In this document: one piece after another, positions 47,526-57,977 of the stretch
How the letters are laid out: each line of letters starts with the position of its first letter
How positions within the stretch are numbered: the stretch's first letter is position 1
Source of the DNA: Fibrobacteria bacterium
Lineage (GTDB): Bacteria; Fibrobacterota; Fibrobacteria; UBA11236
Length of the DNA stretch: 64,000 bases
Reading direction: 5' to 3'
NCBI GenBank assembly: GCA_043745805.1
Contig: JAYTSD010000045.1
Span: 96,001 to 160,000, forward strand
Translations under genes and position numbers: made by a program
Notes under the pieces: generated by a model
What the model saw: the letters and a program-made list of their open reading frames with translations, nothing else
What the model was told of the DNA's origin: nothing
Database searches by the model: none

Positions 47526-48074
47526 TTATTTACTGAGCGAGATGCCAGTTAAAGCCGCGAATTCTTCCAAAGACAATAAAGTATCTTCTGCATCCATTCT
47601 TTCGGAATATAAAATGCCTTCTAAATGATCGTATTCATGTTGGAATATGCGGGCAATAAAATCATGATAAGTGGTATGAATTTCTTCGCCATGGCGTGTG
47701 GTAAAAGTCACTTCAATTTCCGTATGCCGAGGCACTAAGCCGCGATAACCCGGAATGCTTAAGCAACCTTCCCAGTCTTTATGAATTTCCCCTGCTTGGC
47801 GAATAATATGCGGATTAATAATAGCCATAGGTTCCATAGTGGGACTATCGGGATAACGTGAACTGGGTTTGGGCGCAAGAATAAAAACTCTTAATGAATT
47901 TCCTACTTGCGGTGCGGCAATGCCGACACCCATATTTTCATCACCACTACGAATAAGTTCGTCAATAAAATTTTGGAATTCGGGATCGGTATAAACTTCT
48001 ACAGCCTTAGCCTTTTGTTTTAAAACTTCGGCGCCACGGGTGTATATGGGGAGTGATGGTTTTGCTGATTCCAT
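47526..48074 (-). CDS. def: Peptide deformylase
   Basis: GVGIAAPQVG, EGCLS, QHEYDHLEG. Confidence 0.96.
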   Translation of the reverse strand: MESAKPSLPIYTRGAEVLKQKAKAVEVYTDPEFQNFIDELIRSGDENMGVGIAAPQVGNSLRVFILAPKPSSRYPDSPTMEPMAIINPHIIRQAGEIHKDWEGCLSIPGYRGLVPRHTEIEVTFTTRHGEEIHTTYHDFIARIFQHEYDHLEGILYSERMDAEDTLLSLEEFAALTGISLSK

Positions 48075-48190
48075 GAAATAATGATAATTGATTTTTTTTG
48101 CGTGGGCTAGTAGGAATATGCATTGAACAAGGTAACAATTCCCCGGTTACCACCCGAACTCTGGGGAACGTCCAAATATTATTATGCTCA

Positions 48191-48227
48191 TTAAAGCCCC
48201 TAAATACTATACTCTAGGGGGCTTTAA
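48191..48227. repeat. Hairpin in the leader of the MFS-acyltransferase gene
   Basis: TTAAAGCCCCTA ... TAGGGGGCTTTAA. Confidence 0.5.
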
Positions 48228-48255
48228 AAACCGAGTGATGTGGAGAACTTAAAGC

Positions 48256-50118
48256 ATGTTTAAACTTTTAATTCAAAAACGATTCGGACCTTTTTTTGGT
48301 GTGCAATTCTTAGGCGCATTAAATGACAACCTGTTTAAAAACACCATGGTTATTCTGATAGCCTTCCGAGCGGCCACCGAGGCGGAATCGGGCATGTTGA
48401 TTAATTTAGCGGCGGGATTATTTATTCTCCCATTTTTTCTTTTTTCAGCGGTTGCAGGTCAAATTTCCGATAAGTTTGAGAAGTCTGCTATTATGCGCAT
48501 GATTAAGGCAGCGGAAATTGGAATTATGTTCATTGGTGCCGTGGGTTTTTATACCGGCCATACGGCGCTTTTATTTGTGACGCTTTTTTTAATGGGCGTG
48601 CATTCTGCATTTTTCGGTCCGGCCAAATACAGTATTCTTCCTCAGCATCTTGAAGAGCGTGAATTGACCAATGGCAATGCCTTGGTGGAGCTGGGAACAT
48701 TTTTAGCCATACTCATAGGTACTTTAGCCGGTGGACTTTTGGCAGGTAAGCAAAATGTAATGGCCATATCAGCTTCCATTATGGGCGTGGCTATTGTGGG
48801 TTATTTAGTATCCCGAAAAATCCCTCTTGCGCCGGCTATGGATCCCAAACTAAAACTGAATTGGAATTTATTCAGTGAAATGGCTTCGCTCACGCGCATC
48901 ATCAAAAAAAAGGATTCCATTTTTAATTCCATTTTGGGTATTTCTTGGTTCTGGTTTTTTGGAGCCACCTTATTAGCGCAATTGCCAAATTTTACGCGAC
49001 ATATGCTGCAAGGTAATGAATCCGTAGTAACCGTTTTGTTGGCCGTATTTTCTGTTTCAGTGGGAATCGGCTCCGTAGTTTGCGCCAAACTTTCACGTGG
49101 AGAAATTGAACTGGGACTCGTTCCCTTGGGCGCATTAGGCATGACATTTTTCCTCGCTGATCTTTCCTTTATTAATTATCCACCCAGCGCCGAAATCTTA
49201 ATGGGTGTGAAAGCCTTATTCTCTGGGCCTTATGCAGGCGCGGGCATTCGCGCGATGGTGGATTTGGGCATGGTGGGGATATTCGGCAGTTTATTTATTG
49301 TTCCATTGTATGCTTTGATTCAACATCGGTCGGATGAAGAAACTCGCTCACGCGTGATTGCCGCCAATAATATTTTTAATGCAGTGTTCATGGTTGTTTC
49401 CGCATTAATCACCATGTTACTTTTTAAAATTGGTTTCAATACTGTGCAAATCCTTTTATTTACCGCCATTTTGAATTTGGTTGTGAGCGCTTATATTTTT
49501 CTTTTGATTCCTGAATTTGCTATGCGCTTTGTGGTGTGGATTTTAGCGAGTACTATTTATCGAATAAGTTATAGCCAGCGATCGAATATACCACGCCATG
49601 GGCCTGCGGTAATTGTCTGTAATCATGTTAGCTTTATTGATTGGTTTGTCATCACAGCGGCATGCCGTCGTCCCGTGCATTTCGTGATGGATAATAGCAT
49701 GTTTAAAAATCCCGTGTTGGGTATTTTTTTCCGTCTCTCTAAAGCCATTCCTATTGCTTCCGCCAAAGAAGATCCGGCGGTTAAAGAAAAAGCTTTCGAA
49801 TTGATTTCGAGAGAGTTAAAAAATGAAAATCTCGTTTGCATTTTCCCCGAAGGAAAAATCACGCATGATGGAAACATGAATATTTTTCGTCCTGGCGTAG
49901 AACGTATTTTGACTCAAGATGCTGTTCCTGTCTTGCCTATGGCTATTCAGGGATTATGGGGAAGTTTCTTCAGTCGCAAGCGGGGACATGCGATGTCGGG
50001 CCTCCCTAAACCCACAAGACGCAATTTAACCATTGCCATTGGCACTCCATTAACACCACTTACAAAAGCCTCGGAGATGGAAGTAACCGTTAAACAATTA
50101 TTGCAGTCCATAGCATGA
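48256..50118 (+). CDS. LplT-like MFS transporter fused to a PlsC-like acyltransferase
   Basis: QFLGALNDNLFK, FFGPAKYSILPQHL, RVIAANNI; NHVSFID, IFPEG. Confidence 0.92.
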   Translation: MFKLLIQKRFGPFFGVQFLGALNDNLFKNTMVILIAFRAATEAESGMLINLAAGLFILPFFLFSAVAGQISDKFEKSAIMRMIKAAEIGIMFIGAVGFYTGHTALLFVTLFLMGVHSAFFGPAKYSILPQHLEERELTNGNALVELGTFLAILIGTLAGGLLAGKQNVMAISASIMGVAIVGYLVSRKIPLAPAMDPKLKLNWNLFSEMASLTRIIKKKDSIFNSILGISWFWFFGATLLAQLPNFTRHMLQGNESVVTVLLAVFSVSVGIGSVVCAKLSRGEIELGLVPLGALGMTFFLADLSFINYPPSAEILMGVKALFSGPYAGAGIRAMVDLGMVGIFGSLFIVPLYALIQHRSDEETRSRVIAANNIFNAVFMVVSALITMLLFKIGFNTVQILLFTAILNLVVSAYIFLLIPEFAMRFVVWILASTIYRISYSQRSNIPRHGPAVIVCNHVSFIDWFVITAACRRPVHFVMDNSMFKNPVLGIFFRLSKAIPIASAKEDPAVKEKAFELISRELKNENLVCIFPEGKITHDGNMNIFRPGVERILTQDAVPVLPMAIQGLWGSFFSRKRGHAMSGLPKPTRRNLTIAIGTPLTPLTKASEMEVTVKQLLQSIA

Positions 50119-51251
50119 AACAAATTAAACCTATGAAACCTATACAACACATTAAATTTTTCCTTCGCAGCATTTTAATTTTAGGTGCAATTCATGGCGT
50201 GCAAGCAAAAGCGCCAGCCACTCCTCAAAGCTGGGCTTTTGTACCGATTTTAATTTCTAATGCAGAAACCGGTGTGCAAGCAGGCGCGCTGGTTATGCAC
50301 TTTTTAAATCCCTCCGATAGCTTAAATAAACCCTCTACTATTGGTTTTGCGGCAAGGATTTCCCAAAAGGCACAGATAGAAATAAATTTTTTTCCGGAAT
50401 TGTATTTACAACAAAACCTTTATCATATCACGTCCAATCTTAAGTATATCCGTTGGCCCGCCGATTTTTATGGCATAGGAAATGGCACGGATATTCTCAA
50501 GGATAGTGCGGACGCTTATTTGGCACAAGGAGTAGATGGGGATTTAACCCTAGAGCGCACATGGTTTAAAAATTTTTCGGCAGGACCGCAATTACTAGCA
50601 AAGTATGAATTTATTAATCCCAAAGGCAAGCATGGTTTATTAACACCCAATGTGCAAGGGCAAGAAGGCGGCACAACGGCTGGGCTCGGAATGGTGATGA
50701 CTTATGATGCCCGTGATGCGATTTATTGGGCGCGACAAGGAACTTTTTTGCGATTTAAAAATGCCTATTATCGCAATGCTATGGGCAGTGATTTTGATTA
50801 TGAAAGTTATACTTTAGAAGCGCGGCAATTCATTCCTATGTTCTCAACCGGCGCATTGGGTGTGTCCGCATTATTGAATTTAAAGTCAGGTGATATTCCC
50901 TTTCGTGAATTGGCGACCGCAGATGGCGATCATAATTTGCGAGGTATTGTGCGCGGAAAATATCGCGATAGAGATTTATTAGTGTTACAGGCAGAGTATA
51001 AAAGTTATTTATCGGATTATAGTTGGATCAGTCATCCTTGGTTTAAGAATCGTTTGGGTTACGCGGTATTTGCGGAAGTCGGTCAAGTGGCGCATCGAGT
51101 AGAGGATATGGATTGGAAAGAGTTTCGTCCCGATTTTGGATTAGGATTACGCTATGCACTGAACCCTTCGCAACGCATGAATATCCGCATCGATTTAGGT
51201 TTTGTCGACGGCAGTGTGGCTCCCGCTATTAATATCAAAGAAGCGTTTTAA
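50115..51251 (+). CDS. Omp85 (BamA/TamA-like) surface-antigen barrel without POTRA domains
   Basis: Signal peptide; YDARD, LRG..RGKYRD, QAEY, GLGLRY, NIRIDLG, terminal EAF. Confidence 0.8.
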   Translation: MKQIKPMKPIQHIKFFLRSILILGAIHGVQAKAPATPQSWAFVPILISNAETGVQAGALVMHFLNPSDSLNKPSTIGFAARISQKAQIEINFFPELYLQQNLYHITSNLKYIRWPADFYGIGNGTDILKDSADAYLAQGVDGDLTLERTWFKNFSAGPQLLAKYEFINPKGKHGLLTPNVQGQEGGTTAGLGMVMTYDARDAIYWARQGTFLRFKNAYYRNAMGSDFDYESYTLEARQFIPMFSTGALGVSALLNLKSGDIPFRELATADGDHNLRGIVRGKYRDRDLLVLQAEYKSYLSDYSWISHPWFKNRLGYAVFAEVGQVAHRVEDMDWKEFRPDFGLGLRYALNPSQRMNIRIDLGFVDGSVAPAINIKEAF

Positions 51252-51255
51252 AATA

Positions 51256-52308
51256 TTAAAGCAAAGCATACTCTGGCAAAGGTCGCACACCCAAGCCGGG
51301 GTCATCATTGGGAATTAATAAACCTTGTTTAAAGTTTAACCCCGTAAAAGGATCGTCCTTCAATAGCCAAGCGCCATCCAAATCCGCATATTCCGCTTTC
51401 TGAGCCAATACCGAACCCGCAGCAATTAATACACTGGACTCCAACATACAGCCCACCATCACTTTTAAATGAAGGCGTTGTGCGGCATTGAGCAAGCGTA
51501 AAGCGGGCGTGATGCCCCCGCACTTAACCAGTTTCAAAACCAGTCCATCAAAATGACCGACCAACTTTTCCACATCCTCTTCCACGATGCAACTTTCATC
51601 GGCAAAAATGGGGAAGGGCGCATACTTTTTTAAAGTCGGCATTTCGGCATCAAATTGTGGGAGCAAAGGTTGTTCGAGCAATTCAATTTTAAAAGGGGCG
51701 AGGGCTTGTATTTTTTGTGTCCAATCTTCTGTGGATCCCGATAACCAAGAGCCATTCGCATCGAGTCGAATATGTGCCGAACCCATAGCTGCAATGGCTT
51801 GTAGTGCGTTTATATCATGCGCGGCATCCATTTTCACTTTAATGGCAGGGAAATCTTTCAGCTCCGCAAATTTTTCCGCGAGTTCTGATTTTTCACTTAA
51901 GCCTAAAGTGCAGGAGGTGGTAAACGGTTTGGCGGCTTCCCCCCAAATTAAACGTGCCACACTTTTGTCGCGCAGTTTACCCCATAAATCCCACAGAGCA
52001 ATATCAATAGCACATTGCGTAGCGCGGGAAGGCGCCACCATGGGCCAAACTTCATTCCAAATACGAGAAATATCTTCGCGATGATTAATGGTTTGCTGTT
52101 TAAAATAATCTTGCAAGCCGCATAGCCGCATATAAATTTCATTTGCCTCTTCGCCATAAAAAGCGCTGGGCGAGGCCTCGCCGTAACCACGCAAGCCATT
52201 TTGTTCTACAATCAAAAACACATTACGCACTAGCGGACGTGTAGCATGCGCTAAACGAAAGACATGACGCGGGTGTAAATCATGTACAATCGGAAATATT
52301 TGTATCAT
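51256..52308 (-). CDS. L-Ala-D/L-Glu dipeptide epimerase (enolase superfamily, YcjG-like)
   Basis: GYGEA, IDIALWDL, KVK, LDAN, EQP, ADES, KLVKCGG, GCMLES, DLDG. Confidence 0.9.
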   Translation of the reverse strand: MIQIFPIVHDLHPRHVFRLAHATRPLVRNVFLIVEQNGLRGYGEASPSAFYGEEANEIYMRLCGLQDYFKQQTINHREDISRIWNEVWPMVAPSRATQCAIDIALWDLWGKLRDKSVARLIWGEAAKPFTTSCTLGLSEKSELAEKFAELKDFPAIKVKMDAAHDINALQAIAAMGSAHIRLDANGSWLSGSTEDWTQKIQALAPFKIELLEQPLLPQFDAEMPTLKKYAPFPIFADESCIVEEDVEKLVGHFDGLVLKLVKCGGITPALRLLNAAQRLHLKVMVGCMLESSVLIAAGSVLAQKAEYADLDGAWLLKDDPFTGLNFKQGLLIPNDDPGLGVRPLPEYALL

Positions 52309-52366
52309 AAGAGATTCCGAATCATTTTATGCAAAACTAGTTTCAACCTTTTGATTTTACTATGAT

Positions 52367-53275
52367 ATGATTTTTAATATGCTAGAACGAGTTTTGGGTC
52401 AATCCGTATTGGGAGCGCCGCTCCGAGTTTGTTTTAATTTCGATCCCCAAGATTTTTCTGCAGTAAATTTAAGCTCTCCTTTAACTTTATTAATTGGCGG
52501 CACGCATGGAGATGAAAAAGCCACCGTACAGCTATTGGAAAATTATATCGTTAAGCTCACCGACGCGCATTCAGCTCATACCCAAACTCTGCCACCTATT
52601 CCACCACTCGCCATCATTCCCTTACTAAATCCCGATGGCTATGCGCAAAATACGCGTTATAATGCACGTGGCGTGGATCTTAATCGCAATTTTACCCATA
52701 GCTGGTCTGCCGATAGTGAAGAACCCTCGGGTTCGCATCCACTTTCTGAGCCGGAATCCAAATTTTTACATGATTTTATTTTGCAATATCGCCCGAGTAA
52801 AATTGTGAGCTTGCATTGGGCCTTAGCGGAAATCGAAGCCGACGGGGCGCATAGCCATGCATTAGCCAAGGCTTTATGGAATAGTCTTTCTGCAGAAGAA
52901 CAAAAACCTTATCGTTTACGTTTGCCAATGCCTAAGCCGAATGAATCGGTTGCTTTAACGCCAGGATCCTTGGGGAGTTGGATAGGTTATCATTTAAATT
53001 ATGCAGAGGCGCTTGGTCAGGATAGGGATCGGAATACGGTGCAAAATACAGATCACACTATGGCTAACAAGGCTCATACTAGGCCGGCTATGGTAACTTT
53101 GGAATTACCTTATAACCCTCACATCACAAGGCCAAAAATTTTACCAGAATCCCATTGGGAAGAAGTGCAAATGCTTTGGAAAAATGCTCCCGATACTTAT
53201 TTACAAGGCGTAGAAAGTGGTGTGCATAAAATGTTACAGGCGGCGGTAATGCATAATAGTCAGGCGCAACTGTGA
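52367..53275 (+). CDS. Murein tripeptide amidase MpaA-like M14 peptidase
   Basis: GGTHGDE, NPDG, RYNARGVDLNRNF, SEPE, SLH, TPGSLGSW, TLELP; divergent from the epimerase as in mpaA/ycjG. Confidence 0.85.
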   Translation: MIFNMLERVLGQSVLGAPLRVCFNFDPQDFSAVNLSSPLTLLIGGTHGDEKATVQLLENYIVKLTDAHSAHTQTLPPIPPLAIIPLLNPDGYAQNTRYNARGVDLNRNFTHSWSADSEEPSGSHPLSEPESKFLHDFILQYRPSKIVSLHWALAEIEADGAHSHALAKALWNSLSAEEQKPYRLRLPMPKPNESVALTPGSLGSWIGYHLNYAEALGQDRDRNTVQNTDHTMANKAHTRPAMVTLELPYNPHITRPKILPESHWEEVQMLWKNAPDTYLQGVESGVHKMLQAAVMHNSQAQL

Positions 53276-54426
53276 AAATATTAATTTGCCCATTGGATTG
53301 GGGTTTGGGTCATGCCACGCGTTGTATTCCTATTATTCGAGCCTTGCAAGCGTGTGGACATGAAGTGCAAATTGGTGCGGCGGGTTTAAGTTTAAAGCTG
53401 TTGCAAAAAGAATTTCCCCATTTAGCGATCAAAGAATTTTCGGGTTATAATATTCGCTATGCAAATTCGCCGCATTTATTATTGCCCTATTTAGCTTGGC
53501 AATTTCCAACTTTACTGTGGCGTATTTATCAAGAACGAAAAACTTTGCGCGCTTGGGTTAAACAAGAAAAAATTGAATGTGTAATTTCCGATAATCGTTA
53601 TGGTTTATATCACAATAAAATTCCCAGCATTTATATCACGCATCAGCTTTATGTAAAGGCTCCGCAAATAGGTTTGGGTTTACAAAAAATCGTGGAACAA
53701 ATGGTATTCGCCGCACAATGGTTTTTTCTGCGACGCTATCATGAAATTTGGGTGCCCGATTATACTGGATCGAAAAATTTATCCGGTGCTTTAAGCCATG
53801 GCAAAAAGGTTTTACCGCAGGTGTATTATATTGGTCCTTTATCACGATTTACAACGGATAGAAATGCTGAAATAAAAACCGAAAATTTATCCGAGGATTC
53901 ATCCAAGGTAATAGCTTTTCTCGCGGTAATTAGCGGCGTGGAGCCGCAACGCAGCCGCTTAGAAAAAATCCTCCGAGAACAAATGTCAAGATTATCGGGA
54001 ACGCGTGTTTTAGTGCAAGGCTTACCCGGAATTAAAACGCAATTTTCTCCGCAAGAAAATACCTTAACCATTTATCCTCATCTCGAAGGCGCTTTATTAG
54101 AAAAAGCTTTACGCTCTGCGGAAGTGGTAATTACACGCTCCGGTTATTCCACTTTAATGGAGTTGGCGGCACTGCAAAAAAAACAAGTGATATTAATTCC
54201 CACACCGCAGCAAACCGAACAAGAATATTTGGCGCGTATTTTAGAGGAACAGGGCATAGCGAAAGCCGAAGTGCAAGAAGCTTTAGATTTAGAAAATGCC
54301 TTAGCAAGCTTACCGCATTATAAAGGCTTTGGGGAATTGCAAAAATCCATGGGTGAATCGGAGGGATTGCTAAAGTTTATCCAAGAACATAAACTTTTAA
54401 ACACTATAAAATCAGCTAAAGAATAA
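53272..54426 (+). CDS. GT-B glycosyltransferase (GT28/MurG-like family)
   Basis: PLDWGLGHATR, ISDNRYG, IGPLSRF, RSGYSTLME, PTPQQTEQEYLA. Confidence 0.88.
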   Translation: MKILICPLDWGLGHATRCIPIIRALQACGHEVQIGAAGLSLKLLQKEFPHLAIKEFSGYNIRYANSPHLLLPYLAWQFPTLLWRIYQERKTLRAWVKQEKIECVISDNRYGLYHNKIPSIYITHQLYVKAPQIGLGLQKIVEQMVFAAQWFFLRRYHEIWVPDYTGSKNLSGALSHGKKVLPQVYYIGPLSRFTTDRNAEIKTENLSEDSSKVIAFLAVISGVEPQRSRLEKILREQMSRLSGTRVLVQGLPGIKTQFSPQENTLTIYPHLEGALLEKALRSAEVVITRSGYSTLMELAALQKKQVILIPTPQQTEQEYLARILEEQGIAKAEVQEALDLENALASLPHYKGFGELQKSMGESEGLLKFIQEHKLLNTIKSAKE

Positions 54427-54437
54427 AGAGGATTACA

Positions 54438-56186
54438 GTGAAATTTTTGTCAAAGATAGGGCCAGCTCTTTTTGTTCTCGCGCTGGTTTTGCAAAATGGA
54501 ATTCATGCGAGCGAGCCATTAAAAACGAATACGCAAAATCAAAACATTAGCGATAGCTTATTAATATTTTTGCGCCAACATGCGGAACAATATTTTGCCA
54601 CCTTGCAACAAGTGGATTCGATTAAGCCATATCTTATCAGTTACCGTGTAAATGATTCGAGTTATTTTGCTTTTTCAGTCAATAAAGGAGGCGTAATTGC
54701 AAATAGGCAAGGGCAGGGACGGGCGTTGCAGGTGGATGTGCGTCAAGGCAGTCATGAGTTTGATAATACCCATCCTATTCGGGATAATTTGGATTTTACC
54801 GTGTGGGGAGGCTTTCAAAATATTCCTTTACCCATGCGCTTCGATTCATTACTGTATGCGACTACCCTTAAAACCGCTACCGATTTTGCTTATCGCTCAG
54901 CACAAGATCATTATGCAAAATTGAAAGCAAATAAAGAAGTTCGTCCGCTTGAAAATGGAGAAGGTTGGGATGATGCGCCTTCGCCGAGCATTCAAAATCA
55001 AATCAAAACCACCTTGCCTTGGGGCGAAAGAAAATCTCTCGATAGTCTGTATAAGCGTCTATTGCGGGTTTCGCAGCTCTTTGCTAATCGCGATAAACTA
55101 TATGCTAGTGCCCTTGATTTTAGTTTTCAAAAAGTACAAAAGCGTTTTGTGAACACCGAAGGGACAGCAATATGGCATGAGGAAGTATTAGGCAATATTG
55201 GTATTTATGTGGAAACCAAAGCGGAGGATGGTATGGTGCTTTGGCTGAACCATAATTTCTTTTTCAAAACTTTACCGCTGGATTTTTCCGAAGACACTTT
55301 ACGCGTTTACACTTTACGCATGCTTAATCAATTGGATACTTTGCGCGCGGCGCCGGTAATGGAAACCTATGTAGGTCCAGTAATTTTAGAGAATGTCGCT
55401 GCGGGAGTTTTTACCCATGAAGTATTTGGACATCGAGTAGAAGGGCATCGTCAAAAGGCGGTGGATGAAGGACAAACCTTTGTCAAAAAAGTTGGACAAA
55501 CTATAAGTGCCCCTTTTATTTCCGTAGTAGATGATCCAAGCTTAGAATTTTTTAAAAATATTCCTTTGAATGGTTATTATCGCTATGATGATGAAGGCGT
55601 TGCAGGACAAAAAGCCGAATTGATTCGCGACGGAAAGTTTAAAGGTTTTTTATTAGGGCGTTCGGTATTAGCGGAACAGGGCCCTAATAGCCAAAGCAAT
55701 GGCCATGGCCGAGGATTATTAGGTTTAGCGCCAGTAGCGCGTATGGGCAATACCATTTTAACCAGTAATCAAACAGTAACCTTTGCAGAATTAAGAAAGC
55801 GCTTAATGAAAATTCTTAAACAAAGCGGCAAACCTTTTGGTTTAATCCTGCACGATATTTCGGGCGGTTTTACGTATACGGCACGTGACTTGCCGCAATC
55901 CTTTCGTGTGGAACCTTTGTATATGTCCCAAGTGTTTGTCGATGGACGTCCTGATAGAATTGTGCGGGGTGTGGATGCGGTGGGTACGCCACTGGTGAGT
56001 TTAAAACAAATTGTAGCGGCTGGCGATGATCCCGCAGTGTTTAATGGCTACTGTGGCGCAGAGTCAGGTTGGGTGCCGGTTTCGGCGGTAGCGCCGTCAC
56101 TCTTGATAGAATCTATGGAATTTGAAAGTCGTGCTAAAGATCAAAATCTTCCTCCTTTATTAAATCCTCCGGCGGTGCAGCCATGA
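54438..56186 (+). CDS. TldD-like metalloprotease with signal peptide
   Basis: HEVFGHRVEGH, DDP, YDDEG, SNGHGR, RMGN, NGYCGAESGWVPVS..APS. Confidence 0.85.
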   Translation: MKFLSKIGPALFVLALVLQNGIHASEPLKTNTQNQNISDSLLIFLRQHAEQYFATLQQVDSIKPYLISYRVNDSSYFAFSVNKGGVIANRQGQGRALQVDVRQGSHEFDNTHPIRDNLDFTVWGGFQNIPLPMRFDSLLYATTLKTATDFAYRSAQDHYAKLKANKEVRPLENGEGWDDAPSPSIQNQIKTTLPWGERKSLDSLYKRLLRVSQLFANRDKLYASALDFSFQKVQKRFVNTEGTAIWHEEVLGNIGIYVETKAEDGMVLWLNHNFFFKTLPLDFSEDTLRVYTLRMLNQLDTLRAAPVMETYVGPVILENVAAGVFTHEVFGHRVEGHRQKAVDEGQTFVKKVGQTISAPFISVVDDPSLEFFKNIPLNGYYRYDDEGVAGQKAELIRDGKFKGFLLGRSVLAEQGPNSQSNGHGRGLLGLAPVARMGNTILTSNQTVTFAELRKRLMKILKQSGKPFGLILHDISGGFTYTARDLPQSFRVEPLYMSQVFVDGRPDRIVRGVDAVGTPLVSLKQIVAAGDDPAVFNGYCGAESGWVPVSAVAPSLLIESMEFESRAKDQNLPPLLNPPAVQP

Positions 56187-57955
56187 AAACTCTGAAAAAA
56201 ATAATTTGGATTTATTTGGCTTGTTGCCTAGAACTTGCATTTGCCAGGCCGCATAAAGAAGAAATAAAAAAAGTCAACAAGTTCGACATGCATAAAGAAT
56301 TAAATAACTCTGCGGTATTAAAAGCCATGGGTAATGAATTAAAACGCTCGGTGGATAGTTTACGCATTGGTGGCATTGCACCATACTTTACCAGTTACCT
56401 GCTTTGGGATTTGCATTCTTATCAATTACAAAGCTCATTGGGCGTGACGGAAAATGCGGGTTATGACAATCAAAAAATTTTGGATGTCGATTTACGCATT
56501 GGTAATTATCAACTCGACAATAGTAACTTTCAAGGCGGTTATGTTTTTGGCCCTCGCCTACGCGCCCCTTTGCCGGAAGGCAATGATACCAATTTAATTC
56601 GACAAGCCTTATGGGCTATGACCGATGCCCGTTATAAAGTGGCTTTGGAACAGTATGCACAAAAAAAAGCTTATATTAGTGGACATAATGGTTATGATAC
56701 CCTGCTCGATTTCTCACCGCAAAAGCCACAGCAAAATTATTATAGTGAAGAACCTACGGTATTGGATACCGCATCGATTCGTAAATTAAGTGATGCCTTA
56801 AGCGGTCATTTACGCAAAACTCCTTGGCTCGCCGAATCTCGCGTAGCTTATCAATATTATTATACCACTTTTTATTATGTCGATTCCGAAGGCAGCCGTT
56901 ATATATTCCGCACGCGTGAGCATACTTTTTTGGTTTCGCTTTTAGTACAAGCCAGCGATGGCGCACCGATTTGGGATTATTTACGCATTTCTTCGCGTAA
57001 CCCACATGATACGGAAACGGATATTGATTTAAGCAAGCCATTTAGTGAAAAGGTTTTGTCTCAATTAAAGGTAAGGGTCGATAGCTTGGTGAAGCGTTTA
57101 GATAAACTTCGGCAAAGTCCACCCATGATTAATTATCGGGGGCCAGTTCTATTTGCCGGAGCCGCAGCGGGAGAGCTTTTGCAAAATGTTTTATTAACGC
57201 CACAAACCACATTACGTGAACCCGTATCCAATTATGCGGAGCAAAATTTTTTACTGAATTTGTGGGGACGCAAATATTTACCTAATGACATTGATGTTAC
57301 GGATAATCCTTTACGCGAAAGTTATGCAGGAAAAATGCTTTATGGTTATTATCCCTTTGATCATCAAGCGCAAGCGCCTCAGGCCATAACCTTGGTCAAA
57401 AATGGAAAAATTGTAGACTTTTTTCGCGGACGCATCCCTTTTGAAAAATCCAAACCGGCTAGCGAAGGCTTTAGCAATGGGCATTGGCGTTATAATGGCG
57501 GTTTTCCTGGGGTAACCGAATTAAGCTCTAAGCAAAAAAAATCCGAGCAAGGGTTGATCGCTAAGCTTAAGACTTTAAGCACGGAAGAAGGAATTGAATA
57601 CGCTTTGATTTTATCAAAGCCAATCGATGAAGATGCTTTGCGTTTATTAAGACATCCTTTGGCAAATTCTTTTCGCAATTCGGGAAATGGGGATGGGCAT
57701 TCCTCATTTAATATGTCTATTCCTTGTGAAATAGACAGCTTAAATTTTAAAACAGGAATGCGTATTCCGGTGCGCGGCTTAAGTTTTTCCGCAGTGGATT
57801 CTAAATCCTTAAGGCAAATTGTAGGAGTAGGGGATAAGCCACATGTGTATGAACCGCAAGCGGCGAGCACCATATTGTGCCCTTCGCTTTTATTCAGTCT
57901 TTTGGATTTAAAAGGCAATCAAAAAACTCAGGCGCATTTACCGTATTTGCCTTAG
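56183..57955 (+). CDS. TldE/PmbA-like non-catalytic partner with signal peptide
   Basis: Paralogous to the upstream gene (PYF.SY, VDLRIG.Y.LDN, YRGPVLF, SNGH.R, PSLL) but lacks HExxxH; ATGA overlap. Confidence 0.75.
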   Translation: MKTLKKIIWIYLACCLELAFARPHKEEIKKVNKFDMHKELNNSAVLKAMGNELKRSVDSLRIGGIAPYFTSYLLWDLHSYQLQSSLGVTENAGYDNQKILDVDLRIGNYQLDNSNFQGGYVFGPRLRAPLPEGNDTNLIRQALWAMTDARYKVALEQYAQKKAYISGHNGYDTLLDFSPQKPQQNYYSEEPTVLDTASIRKLSDALSGHLRKTPWLAESRVAYQYYYTTFYYVDSEGSRYIFRTREHTFLVSLLVQASDGAPIWDYLRISSRNPHDTETDIDLSKPFSEKVLSQLKVRVDSLVKRLDKLRQSPPMINYRGPVLFAGAAAGELLQNVLLTPQTTLREPVSNYAEQNFLLNLWGRKYLPNDIDVTDNPLRESYAGKMLYGYYPFDHQAQAPQAITLVKNGKIVDFFRGRIPFEKSKPASEGFSNGHWRYNGGFPGVTELSSKQKKSEQGLIAKLKTLSTEEGIEYALILSKPIDEDALRLLRHPLANSFRNSGNGDGHSSFNMSIPCEIDSLNFKTGMRIPVRGLSFSAVDSKSLRQIVGVGDKPHVYEPQAASTILCPSLLFSLLDLKGNQKTQAHLPYLP

Positions 57956-57977
57956 CTATAAGATATACTGGATCAAA

